In this document: piece after piece, positions 43,525-52,453 of the stretch | Position numbering within the stretch: position 1 is the stretch's first letter | Layout: each line of letters opens with the position of its first letter | DNA from: a virus | DNA length: 64,000 nucleotides | IMG/VR virus record: IMGVR_UViG_3300037311_000355 | Direction: 5' to 3' (one strand) | Translations under genes and position numbers: made by a program | Notes under the pieces: generated by a model | What the model was told of the DNA's origin: nothing | Databases searched by the model: none | The model's input: the letters and a program-made list of their open reading frames with translations, nothing else

Positions 43525-43997
43525 GTTAGATAGTCCAAGATGCGCTGCTTAAAGGCAAGCATTCTTGTCTCTGTAATAAATGGTTCGAGATCTACAGGAA
43601 GACCGGCTAAAATTAGCCTATCGATTTCATTTACGACCTCATATAAAGAACCCGACTGCGCGTATCGCATGAGATCCGCGAGGTAATCAGCCACGGCTTT
43701 GGTTTTTCCCGCCTGCGTGATACCCATAGCTACGTTTTCACCGGCGAACTCTATAATGAGGCCGTTGGCAAAATTGATTGCGCCGGATATGATTTGAATT
43801 GCCCACTCGTTGGGTGAAGACGGGTCGTGGCTTGCCACTATAGCAGCTATGGCGTCGAGGTCCTGTTGGCTCAAAGCCGAAGCTGTATGCACGACAAGAA
43901 CGCCGTTGCAAAAACTTAGACCGGAGATTTGAAACGCGGAAAGCTCGGATTGCAATTTTTCAATTTTAACCGATTCTTTTTGAAACTCGTAATCCAT
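43521..43997 (-). CDS. tail fibre assembly-like protein
   Basis: Follows the fibre gene; AIVASHDP motif typical of fibre chaperone N-termini. Confidence 0.5.
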   Translation of the reverse strand: MDYEFQKESVKIEKLQSELSAFQISGLSFCNGVLVVHTASALSQQDLDAIAAIVASHDPSSPNEWAIQIISGAINFANGLIIEFAGENVAMGITQAGKTKAVADYLADLMRYAQSGSLYEVVNEIDRLILAGLPVDLEPFITETRMLAFKQRILDYLT

Positions 43998-43998
43998 G

Positions 43999-45117
43999 TC
44001 AAGACTTCCTTATTAGCGTGAGATAGCGACCGGTTGCAGACGCCGTTCCCGACGGCGTACTCCATCTGATTTCAACGGTTTGTGATCCATTTGTTACGAT
44101 TTCGGAATCCGCGCCCCAAAACATAGAAACGTTGCCCTGTGTGCCTCCGCGTTTAACCGAACTTTGGGTACTGGCCACCAGACTTCCGCCCAAATACAGG
44201 CCAAAAGTAATGCTTCCGTTTGAGCTACCGTGGGTAGCGTTTACCTTTGCTGTAACCAAATAGGTGCCTGCGGCCGGAGTCACTGACATCGTGTTCATAG
44301 CAATAGGTGTACCACTATTGGTCTGCGTAGTTGTGGTTGATTTTAACGTCTGCGATACGACAGGCACGGCGTCTGCGCCGCCGGGCGCGTGGCGGCTAGA
44401 GTGGGCCTCTACTACAACACCGTTTACCGACGCCACATTTGTCGCCTGATTGCTGGCAAAGTTAAGATTTCCGGTTAGATTTCTCGCGCCGTCGGTTCTC
44501 AGGTATTGACCGTGGTCGTCTGCACCTAAATTTGTAAGATTGCTGTGACTTATGGTGCCCTGTGGGGTGCCGGCGATGAGATCGATGATATCAGCCTGGT
44601 CAAAAATTTTTACCAAAACCAGAACTCGCTCGCCGATTTGTACCGATCCGCCGCTAATACGTCTCATTCTGGCGTCTACGGCCTGGGAGCCGTTTACAGT
44701 AACCGTTGCAGCGCTCAGCGAACCCGCGGATGAATTGTTTGTAGAAAGCGTGATAAGACCGATGATATTCGTCGTGTTTCTTATTTCCCTAACTGAAGAC
44801 GAAACCACGGATCCGCCGACGTATATCGCCACTTCCGCCTCTGTGTTAACCCCAGATGTTCCAATGGATCCGTTAAAAAGAACCAAATAGCGCCCCGCGG
44901 GCGGCGTAAGAGACATCGATGGTACGGCCACAAATGACGTCGAAGTTGTGCTGGCCGGAGACACTGAGCCTACCTGATAGAAGATCGAAGACGCGCTAGC
45001 GCCGAAGTTTTTAGCCTCTACTATGGCTGCGTGCACGTTTTGCGCGGAAAAACCGTTTCCGGAGCCACTAAAAGGTATGGATTCTGCGGTGGCGTGTCTG
45101 TTGTCTCGCCTCATCAC
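43999..45117 (-). CDS. tail fibre/spike-like protein with two similar beta-sandwich domains
   Basis: Internal duplication SMSLTPPAGRYLVLFNG vs TMSVTPAAGTYLVTAKV; HSNLTNLGADDHGQYL and HSSRHAPGGAD fibre motifs. Confidence 0.65.
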   Translation of the reverse strand: MMRRDNRHATAESIPFSGSGNGFSAQNVHAAIVEAKNFGASASSIFYQVGSVSPASTTSTSFVAVPSMSLTPPAGRYLVLFNGSIGTSGVNTEAEVAIYVGGSVVSSSVREIRNTTNIIGLITLSTNNSSAGSLSAATVTVNGSQAVDARMRRISGGSVQIGERVLVLVKIFDQADIIDLIAGTPQGTISHSNLTNLGADDHGQYLRTDGARNLTGNLNFASNQATNVASVNGVVVEAHSSRHAPGGADAVPVVSQTLKSTTTTQTNSGTPIAMNTMSVTPAAGTYLVTAKVNATHGSSNGSITFGLYLGGSLVASTQSSVKRGGTQGNVSMFWGADSEIVTNGSQTVEIRWSTPSGTASATGRYLTLIRKS

Positions 45118-45422
45118 CCACGCTCCGCCACAACTATGTTAATTGTAGCGTCGGCGGCCAAAACAAATACTCGTTGGTCGTCGCCGGCCTCAACAGTGAT
45201 CAGCTCGTCTTTGAAACAGGTAAAGCCGTTGTTTTGAAGGTCTACAGTAGACGGAGTACCAGATTCGTTGCCAAAAAACATATAAAACCGACCACTGCCC
45301 TGCACGGTTATAGCCTTGCGCTCAGGTAAGGGAAAGGCTTCGATTTTAAGCTCAACCACAGTGTTCTGAGTAACAGATAGTTTTGCCTGACGCGAGGGGC
45401 CGTCTAGTGGCAGAAAAGACAT
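45114..45422 (-). CDS. small virion protein (similar to the C-terminal domain of 45645)
   Basis: PLPERKAITVQ vs PLANRKYLFIR. Confidence 0.6.
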   Translation of the reverse strand: MSFLPLDGPSRQAKLSVTQNTVVELKIEAFPLPERKAITVQGSGRFYMFFGNESGTPSTVDLQNNGFTCFKDELITVEAGDDQRVFVLAADATINIVVAERG

Positions 45423-45424
45423 AA

Positions 45425-45643
45425 TTAAGCCCCCGCATCGACGTTTGTGTTTTCGTGAACTTTTTTGATTTCCAGTATGTTTGCGTCGATCTTAGACAAA
45501 ATGACTTTTTGCATGTAGGACAGCAGCTTAAAGTATGCGATGAGTTCTTCGGTATTCATTTCAAAACGCGCGTGTTTTGCTACCGAGTTTAAAAACTCAA
45601 TTGTTTTAGTTTTGTCTTCTTCGCAAAAAGTCGTTTTTGTCAT
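45425..45643 (-). CDS. hypothetical protein, 72 aa
   Basis: Operon position. Confidence 0.6.
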   Translation of the reverse strand: MTKTTFCEEDKTKTIEFLNSVAKHARFEMNTEELIAYFKLLSYMQKVILSKIDANILEIKKVHENTNVDAGA

Positions 45644-45644
45644 C

Positions 45645-46451
45645 TTAACTTAACTCCAAAGTCCGAATTTGTAGGTTCGCTTTGTTTGAAACAAAATGAA
45701 CCACAGAGGCAGCTCCGGCGCGAAGCTCGACAAAACTTCCTGGAGACACAGGAAATCCCGTAGCGGTTGTAACTCCGCTTTGTCCGATAAACGCAATCTG
45801 GTTGTCGTTGTTTCTAATAAACAGGTACTTACGATTAGCAAGCGGGCTTGCCACCACGGCTTGCGAGGTGTTGGCGACATCCAGGGTTTCGGCAGCAGCT
45901 GCGATTGCGGTGTTTGCAAGCGCGGCGTCGCTGACAGTGAGCGTGCCGTCTTGGCCGGCGATATGGACGTTTAGACCGCCGGAAACCGCGTCTTTGCTAA
46001 GCAGCTCCGCGTCTCCGCTGACGTCATCGATGGCGTACACGAATGCGTTGGAGTCCACGGCATTGACGTCACCCAGGTTTGCTGCCGCCAAAGTAGCCAG
46101 GCCACCGGCCGTGGTACGTTCGACTTGTTCGGTGATACCAGGAGCCGCGCTACGGCTGTGGTAAATCGCGCCAGCGCTGTCTGGGGTAGGGTTTGTGCCT
46201 ACATCGTAGACGCCGTCGATGTCTACGTTAACAACTAGAGGGCTTACTAGATCCACAGGCACCGGGTTGGCGCTGGTGTAGGGGTTGCCGTCTTCGTCGT
46301 GCAGGGACGCCGCTACGTTTAACCACTGCTCGCCGCCGATTGCCTGGCTTTGAATTAGATTTCCGGCCGCGTCTCGCACATATGCGCCTACGCTGTCGCT
46401 GGCGGCAATGGAATCCACGTCTGTGGTGTCAAAAATTAGTCTGTCTTTCAT
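45645..46451 (-). CDS. virion decoration-like protein
   Basis: GAGG SD; late motif at 46472-46479; NPVPV motif shared with 46508. Confidence 0.65.
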   Translation of the reverse strand: MKDRLIFDTTDVDSIAASDSVGAYVRDAAGNLIQSQAIGGEQWLNVAASLHDEDGNPYTSANPVPVDLVSPLVVNVDIDGVYDVGTNPTPDSAGAIYHSRSAAPGITEQVERTTAGGLATLAAANLGDVNAVDSNAFVYAIDDVSGDAELLSKDAVSGGLNVHIAGQDGTLTVSDAALANTAIAAAAETLDVANTSQAVVASPLANRKYLFIRNNDNQIAFIGQSGVTTATGFPVSPGSFVELRAGAASVVHFVSNKANLQIRTLELS

Positions 46452-46471
46452 TTTATATACCTCTTCAAAAC

Positions 46472-46479
46472 AAAGATTG
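46472..46479 (-). promoter_or_regulatory. putative late-promoter motif CAATCTTT
   Basis: 20 nt upstream of the ATG at 46451. Confidence 0.55.
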
Positions 46480-46507
46480 TCTTCGAAACCCTTTTACAAT
46501 GTTTGCG

Positions 46508-47227
46508 CTAGGTTGCGTACCAAATAGCGAGTTCTAGAAATCCGGGCTGCGCGGATTGAAAAAAAACCGTTAAATCAGAAGGTCTTATGTTGTCTACGAG
46601 ATAATAGGCGCCCTTGGAAATCGTATAAAACGCACTACCTCCGCTGGAGTCATAAATCCTCAGAGGCCCCTTGCCGTCTCGCATTTGAAGCCTTATCTTT
46701 CTCGCGCTGTTGGGTACGGCGTAGGAAAACTCGGTGTTTGCCGAAGCCACTGGCAAAACCACGACCAAAAGCGCGAGACTTTCTGCCATCTCCTCGCTTA
46801 CCGGCGCCACTGGCAGCGGGTTGCTGGGACCCCAAAACCTGCCTAATTCGTCTACGCCCACCACGCGCTTGGCAAGCGTGGGCTCCTCCTCGTAAACCGC
46901 CCTTTCGTGCTCGAATTGGGGTATATTAGGCCTGGCCTGAGCCGCGGCCTCGGCGGTGGCGGAATCGGAAACCAGGTACGCGCTGAGATCAAGGCGGCGG
47001 TTGATGTTTTCGCCGGGAAGACCGACGTAAAAAGAGTTCGCGGTAAAAAATCTTTTTACTTCTACGAGCAGCGGCTCAGGCTCCGCCGCGGACTTAATAG
47101 CTATTTTTTGCTTAACCTTTACGCCACGGGCGTCGGCAAGCGTTATAAGGCCGTTGGCTGTGCCGTCGGCGACAAATGCGCGCGGACCAAAGCCAAGCCA
47201 CAGTTTTTCCGTGATCGTAATAGCCAT
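46508..47227 (-). CDS. virion-associated hypothetical protein
   Basis: Late motif variant TAATCTTT at 47277-47284; NPLPV motif. Confidence 0.65.
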   Translation of the reverse strand: MAITITEKLWLGFGPRAFVADGTANGLITLADARGVKVKQKIAIKSAAEPEPLLVEVKRFFTANSFYVGLPGENINRRLDLSAYLVSDSATAEAAAQARPNIPQFEHERAVYEEEPTLAKRVVGVDELGRFWGPSNPLPVAPVSEEMAESLALLVVVLPVASANTEFSYAVPNSARKIRLQMRDGKGPLRIYDSSGGSAFYTISKGAYYLVDNIRPSDLTVFFQSAQPGFLELAIWYAT

Positions 47228-47302
47228 ACCTTTTCCATTGACCCCAGGGCCAGGGCACCCATGCGCCCTATATGGAAAAGATTAGCTGCGAAGCCGGTGT
47301 TA

Positions 47303-47986
47303 CTACGGCGTTACGGCTGCGGCAAAACCAACAGCCGCTGCTAGCGCGGACTGGATTTCATCGGCGGCACCTTGGCTGCCCAGTGCGTGCGCGAGACAGA
47401 GCTTGGTTTCGGCGCTGAGCTGCGAAGAACCAAGTGCGGATTGAGCGGCTGCGGTGTTGGCGTCGCTGGCGTCGCTGCCGCCCGATAGCGTAATACCCGC
47501 GGTGGGTACCTGGGAGCCGTCTCCGGAAACCAGAGAAACCTCGTTGCCAGGATTGCCGGTATTCCATGCCAAGATAAGGCCGTCGATGTCCGTCACGCTG
47601 TCCGCGATAAGCGTGATGTTGCCAGCGCTACCCGCGACGTCTGCCGAGATTTCTACGTCAGTAGTCATACCGGCGACTTGTCCGGAAAAGCTCGCGGCTA
47701 CTGCTGCCACCTCTTCGCCGTCGGCGTGTGCGGCCAAAACCGCCACAATAGCGGCAAGCTTTTCCGCGATCTCGCGTCCCGCCGCACCCTGTCGGTCTCC
47801 GGCAAGCCCGGAAGCCAGTCGGTTCTCTATAGACTCCGAAGCCCGGAGGTCAAGGGAATCCAGAATTACCTGGCTGTCGGCGGGCAAAGCCGGCGTAGCC
47901 GTGATTAGTCGTTTTTCGATTTCGTCGGCGATCCCGGCGTCGGTTACGGCGTGGGAGAGGCGAAGTTTGGTTTCCTGTGAAAGCAT
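47303..47986 (-). CDS. virion protein with a repeated LS.ETK.RL.HA helical motif
   Basis: Motif at both N- and C-termini; AGGAG SD; late motif at 48016-48023. Confidence 0.7.
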   Translation of the reverse strand: MLSQETKLRLSHAVTDAGIADEIEKRLITATPALPADSQVILDSLDLRASESIENRLASGLAGDRQGAAGREIAEKLAAIVAVLAAHADGEEVAAVAASFSGQVAGMTTDVEISADVAGSAGNITLIADSVTDIDGLILAWNTGNPGNEVSLVSGDGSQVPTAGITLSGGSDASDANTAAAQSALGSSQLSAETKLCLAHALGSQGAADEIQSALAAAVGFAAAVTP

Positions 47987-48076
47987 GGTCACTCCTGTTT
48001 AAATGGTACTGAATAAAAGATTGCAATCCGAAGCTATTTTTTTGAAAAAACCCAATAAAATCAAGAACAAACGTCT

Positions 48077-48105
48077 TTGACTTTGGTACGTATTTGTTCT
48101 ACAAT
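48077..48105 (+). promoter_or_regulatory. sigma70-type promoter, leaderless geometry (TTGACT-17-TACAAT-6-ATG)
   Basis: Read directly. Confidence 0.7.
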
Positions 48106-48111
48106 GTAGAT

Positions 48112-48480
48112 ATGAGCAACGACTTAATACCGGGTTTCTCTTATGAGTTTGCAAATAATGCGCTTGCCGAACTTAAACGGGTCATAGTTGACTTGCGTGA
48201 TTCCAGACAGCTCTTTCAAAACTTTGTGAGGCAGTACGCGAGCCCAGACGCCGAAGAACTAAGACTTAGGGATATTCTTGTCTCGCCAGCTGTTACTCCC
48301 GAGCACGCGTTTCGCTTTTTAAACACGCACTACCGGTCTCTGTGTCATCACGGCGTAGAGCCCAGGCAAATAGAACATTTTGTTACAAAAAACGGTATTC
48401 TAAAAGACGACTGTGTTTTTGCCGTCTTTTCGCTGTTGTCCGCCAAACATTACTACTTGTACGAAAAAAAATACGATTAA
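48112..48480 (+). CDS. hypothetical protein inserted antisense in the tail operon
   Basis: Start revised to 48112; converges on the tail tube stop. Confidence 0.65.
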   Translation: MSNDLIPGFSYEFANNALAELKRVIVDLRDSRQLFQNFVRQYASPDAEELRLRDILVSPAVTPEHAFRFLNTHYRSLCHHGVEPRQIEHFVTKNGILKDDCVFAVFSLLSAKHYYLYEKKYD

Positions 48481-48926
48481 GGCAGGCTGACCGCGCCCGA
48501 CTCTTCTTGATCGCCGCTTTCATCGCTGAGCTTGGTGCCGGTATATGTCACGCTTACCCGCGAAGTCGCTCTTGCGTTCACCCCGCCATTATAGGCCACG
48601 GGAACCGCGCCTGTAACGGTCATAATCAAATCGCCGGTTTGCCGGTCTTTGATGGAAATCGTAACAGTGCCGAGATTCAAAAGGTCCTGGAGCCTAGGCA
48701 TCTTAGGCAGCACGTGAACTCCCTGGCCAATAACTCGGAACCCAGAACAGTTTACGGAAATCGCCTCATAAGACGTGACGGCGATTTCGTCGGCGCCAAA
48801 ACGGCCCAGGATATGAATGGGCTCATGCCCGAGGTTTGCTCCGTAGGTGCAGCTTTCGTACAGCCCTACAACCTGATTGTCTACGCTTATAACGGCTCTA
48901 GCGCCGGTCATTGTTTTCGATGCCAT
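48477..48926 (-). CDS. tail tube protein
   Basis: 149 aa directly after the sheath; GGAGG SD; tube-type beta pattern. Confidence 0.8.
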   Translation of the reverse strand: MASKTMTGARAVISVDNQVVGLYESCTYGANLGHEPIHILGRFGADEIAVTSYEAISVNCSGFRVIGQGVHVLPKMPRLQDLLNLGTVTISIKDRQTGDLIMTVTGAVPVAYNGGVNARATSRVSVTYTGTKLSDESGDQEESGAVSLP

Positions 48927-48940
48927 TTAAGTATCCTCCG

Positions 48941-51469
48941 TTATTGCGCCGCCGAACTTTGAACCTGGCTGATTTCCAGTTCGATCGGAATGAAATAGAT
49001 AGTTGTGCTGAGCTTGATTTCGACGCCTACGGACATCGTAGGTCCGCTGATTTCGATTTTTGCGTTTTTGTAACCCAGCGCTGCGTCGTCGCTTGTAGTG
49101 ATGAGCTTAAGCCTTCTATAGCCGTCCATTTTATTAGAAAGGAAGGCAAGCGCAGAAGTTTGATCGACGTCGGCAAGCGACTGACCAACAAAGGCTCTTT
49201 GGAAGCTATCTGCGAGATCAAGGCTTACGATGTCGGCGGCGTACACGGCTTGTAAGCTGTTGTAGACGAAATTGTTGTCTAAGCCATATGTAGTCTGGTC
49301 ACTAACCCATTTCGTGCCTGCGGTTTCTGCTTGCAAGATCAATAGTCCGGACTCTAATGCCTGCTCGACGTCGCCAGGGCTTCCGCTGTCGAACCCCTGT
49401 GGGTCGACGTAAGAAATTACGTTGGCAAACTTATTTGTAATGCCCTTGTAAAAACCTGCGCCCTGCATGCCCGCGGCAACACAGGCCGCATACCAGGGCT
49501 GGAACTCCTGAACCTCGCCCTGGCTGTTGACCTGAGAGACGCGCTGGAAGGCCAGCGAACATCTAAAGCTTGCCAGGGTTTGCGCCTGCGATTTCGCCGT
49601 CGCGTAATCGGACTGAATGCCGCCAATTAAAATACGGTTTCTTTTCAGCTTAGGAGTGCTCATTTTTAACACATGAGACTTCGTTGCGACCAGAATCGCG
49701 GAAATCGTGTACGTGGAACCGGAGTCGGTTTCCGCGTCCGCGATGTCTTCGCTGGCGTCGCGGCTAAACAGAGGCACGACAAAGTTGGTCTGAACGCCTT
49801 CCAATGCGGTAAGCGCATCCAGGTAGTTGGCGCCAGTCGTGGCGCCCCTGAGGCCTCCGGAAAGAAAGTCCCCCAAAGACATCGGAGACGGCAACCCCTC
49901 TACCTCGTCGGCGCTGAAATCAACGGCCTGGCTTTGTGCGATTGCTCGCTTAAAGTTTTCCAGCGAACGCTTGATGCGACCCGGCTTTTCTCCAGCGATC
50001 GAAGACGCGATGCCCATGCCCGACACCTTATCGATGGCTAGTGGCGAAAGCTGTGTGGCTTCCGGCGTCGCAGACGCGCTGTATCCGGGTTGCGATGCCA
50101 AGAACTCCGCAAGCGCGGCACATGTCGAAAACGCCGACAGGTCGACGCTAAGGTTTGCCCCGGATCCGCCGGTAACCGAAGTCGTCAATTGGTTGCCAGA
50201 AATCGACAGCGACCCCGTAGTTCCCAGGTATCCAATCTCAATAGCGATTTCACCGGCAACGACTAGGGTTTCGCTGAGTCCGATGTCGGCGCGGGAAATA
50301 GAAACCTCGATTTCCGATTCCGCCGAGCTTTCATAGGTGCCCGCGGATAGTCCCAGGAGACCGAGGTCGCCTGGAGTGCTGTCGATGAGCTGCAGGGTTT
50401 TTCCAAAACCCTTTCTGTAGTTGGCGGAATCCGCGTCTACAACCAATTTAATTGTATTAGTCGCAGTCCCGGCTTCCGCGGAAATTCCCGAAGGAAGCAG
50501 GGAGTTGAGTTCGGCAATGAGTTCAGCAATGGTGTCGTGCTCGCTTTCGTCGGAACCCAGGGTCACAACTGCTGCGGCGCCGCCGTTAATGCGAAGACTA
50601 AAGCTCGCGCCGTTTAGCGCGGAGGCGTCGAAAAGCCCGCCTTGCTGAGACACGGTAATTGCAAACGCGCCTCCGACGTCTACGTTTTCCGCGTCGCTGG
50701 CCTCGCCGTTGTCGACGTTGGTAACCGTCACCATGGCACCAAGCACGGTGGCGGCAAAATCAGCCTCGGCGTTGATGGCCAATTGAGTAGCGGTTGCCAC
50801 TGCCGTATTTGCGTCTGCGCTGGAAATCGCAACTTCGATACCGATCCGCCCCGCGGGAGCCGGGTCTCCGCCGCCGGCGTCGACGTTAAACCACACGTAG
50901 TAGGAGTCAGATGCGCTGTCGAGCAAAAAATGTTGTCCGGTAGAAATGTCGGATCCCGCGGGAAGCGTGATGTCCGTGACTTCCGCGGTTGCGCCCGGAT
51001 TTGCCAGGGCAGCTACTGCAGTGCCCGTGACTTCTGGCGCGGATTCCAGCTGAGATGCGGTGATTTGGTATCGGATTTTATTGCCATCGGTACCCCAGTT
51101 TTTAGCCCTGAGCACGCCGTAGTCGGTGTCGACATCAGCGGAGGCTTTTTCTCCGGAGTTCGTTTTTAGAATATAAACACGGCTGACGGATCCCTGAATT
51201 CCGGCGTCGGCGCTGGGCGCGCTAAGGGCGCGCATGGCGTCTACAATGGGACCTGAAACGTATTTTTCCACGACTTGAGCAACCTGGTCAGGAGAGAAGA
51301 AGTTGTCTTTAAGGCTTTCCGAAGAAAACGCCGCCCCACCCTCGGCTTCGCCGATTACGGCAATGATGCCAGTTAATCCAAGGCCGACAGGCGTGGACTT
51401 AACAGTAGTGTTTACGTATGCGCCGGGAGTCACCGTGTTCACAAAAGGTGTTACTAATCGCTGTGCCAT
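48941..51469 (-). CDS. tail sheath protein (842 aa, with inserted domains)
   Basis: PGAYV, IIAVIGEAEGG, VVEKYVSGPIVDAM..L and a C-terminal sheath domain; AGGAG SD. Confidence 0.88.
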   Translation of the reverse strand: MAQRLVTPFVNTVTPGAYVNTTVKSTPVGLGLTGIIAVIGEAEGGAAFSSESLKDNFFSPDQVAQVVEKYVSGPIVDAMRALSAPSADAGIQGSVSRVYILKTNSGEKASADVDTDYGVLRAKNWGTDGNKIRYQITASQLESAPEVTGTAVAALANPGATAEVTDITLPAGSDISTGQHFLLDSASDSYYVWFNVDAGGGDPAPAGRIGIEVAISSADANTAVATATQLAINAEADFAATVLGAMVTVTNVDNGEASDAENVDVGGAFAITVSQQGGLFDASALNGASFSLRINGGAAAVVTLGSDESEHDTIAELIAELNSLLPSGISAEAGTATNTIKLVVDADSANYRKGFGKTLQLIDSTPGDLGLLGLSAGTYESSAESEIEVSISRADIGLSETLVVAGEIAIEIGYLGTTGSLSISGNQLTTSVTGGSGANLSVDLSAFSTCAALAEFLASQPGYSASATPEATQLSPLAIDKVSGMGIASSIAGEKPGRIKRSLENFKRAIAQSQAVDFSADEVEGLPSPMSLGDFLSGGLRGATTGANYLDALTALEGVQTNFVVPLFSRDASEDIADAETDSGSTYTISAILVATKSHVLKMSTPKLKRNRILIGGIQSDYATAKSQAQTLASFRCSLAFQRVSQVNSQGEVQEFQPWYAACVAAGMQGAGFYKGITNKFANVISYVDPQGFDSGSPGDVEQALESGLLILQAETAGTKWVSDQTTYGLDNNFVYNSLQAVYAADIVSLDLADSFQRAFVGQSLADVDQTSALAFLSNKMDGYRRLKLITTSDDAALGYKNAKIEISGPTMSVGVEIKLSTTIYFIPIELEISQVQSSAAQ

Positions 51470-51480
51470 GCTCTTCTCCT

Positions 51481-51786
51481 TTAAACTTTCTTCCTAAGGC
51501 CAAAATGTGCGAGGCCTGCTTCAAACTGATGTGCGGCTGTCATTTGAATCGCCTTCAAATGCGTCCACAGAATGTCTTCGATTTCTTTGCCGCGACCGTA
51601 TTCTTTTTTAGCCCTGGCCCAAAAAACACGAAACTCCTCGCGCTGCTGGGATTCATTTTTCAAACCACGCCTGGCCTTGGACTCCCGCTTTTTGCGCAAT
51701 TCCTGGCGAAGCGCGTCCTGAGACGCGAGCTTTTGTCTAATCGCTTCTTCTCTGGTTTTGGTGTCTGGGTTTTTAGGTCTTCCCAT
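51481..51786 (-). CDS. hypothetical basic protein
   Basis: Operon position, 1-nt overlap. Confidence 0.65.
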   Translation of the reverse strand: MGRPKNPDTKTREEAIRQKLASQDALRQELRKKRESKARRGLKNESQQREEFRVFWARAKKEYGRGKEIEDILWTHLKAIQMTAAHQFEAGLAHFGLRKKV

Positions 51787-52106
51787 TACTTGCTCCCCAG
51801 TGAATTTTTTGCCCTAACTGCCTTCATAAACGCGGAAAGCGGCTTTGGTTGCGATGCCTTGGAGATCTCAGGCACCTGAGGGATAGATTTTTCGTTCATC
51901 TTAGGCGCCTTAGGCTGGGGAATACTAAACTCGCGGCTTTGCGCGACGTTTTGGTTTTCCGGCGCCTGTTTTTCCAGACTTTTTCTGAGCACAAAGTCCG
52001 AAGCCGCCTTCTTTAGGCGATTGACGGTCTCCTGCCAGGCTTGATCGGCTGTGTATTCGGTTTCGACACCATTGGCTTTCATAGTATAAATATTGCCGGT
52101 TTTCAT
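51786..52106 (-). CDS. small protein rich in Phi-x-K-(S/A) motifs
   Basis: LKKAA, LRKS, ISKAS, FMKA; late motif variant at 52125-52132. Confidence 0.65.
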   Translation of the reverse strand: MKTGNIYTMKANGVETEYTADQAWQETVNRLKKAASDFVLRKSLEKQAPENQNVAQSREFSIPQPKAPKMNEKSIPQVPEISKASQPKPLSAFMKAVRAKNSLGSK

Positions 52107-52120
52107 AAAAAAACTAATTA

Positions 52121-52450
52121 TTACAAAGATTTAGGCTTTTTTGCAGGCCTGTCAGCAAGAAATTTTCTAAGCCTTGCCACACCATTGGTCCCGGATTCTC
52201 CTGGTCTCAAGCCAACAGCAGCCCTTGCTCGGGCCTCTTTTTGGTCATGCATGGCCTTGATATCGTTTTTCTTATTAAGCACGCTTTCCGCAGACGGAGG
52301 CAGGGCCTCTTCTGGCACTTGTTTTGTGTCATTGGGGTCCAAAACATCCCTTACCACCGCCTGCGCGGCTTGTTTGGCCGGCGCGGTTTCCATGGCTTTT
52401 GAAATCGCCTGGTGCAGTGCTTTTTTTAAAACTTTGTTGATTTCACTCAT
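52121..52450 (-). CDS. small protein with Phi-x-K-A motifs
   Basis: LKKAL, ISKAM; CAATCTTT only 5 nt upstream (52456-52463). Confidence 0.65.
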   Translation of the reverse strand: MSEINKVLKKALHQAISKAMETAPAKQAAQAVVRDVLDPNDTKQVPEEALPPSAESVLNKKNDIKAMHDQKEARARAAVGLRPGESGTNGVARLRKFLADRPAKKPKSL

Positions 52451-52453
52451 AAA

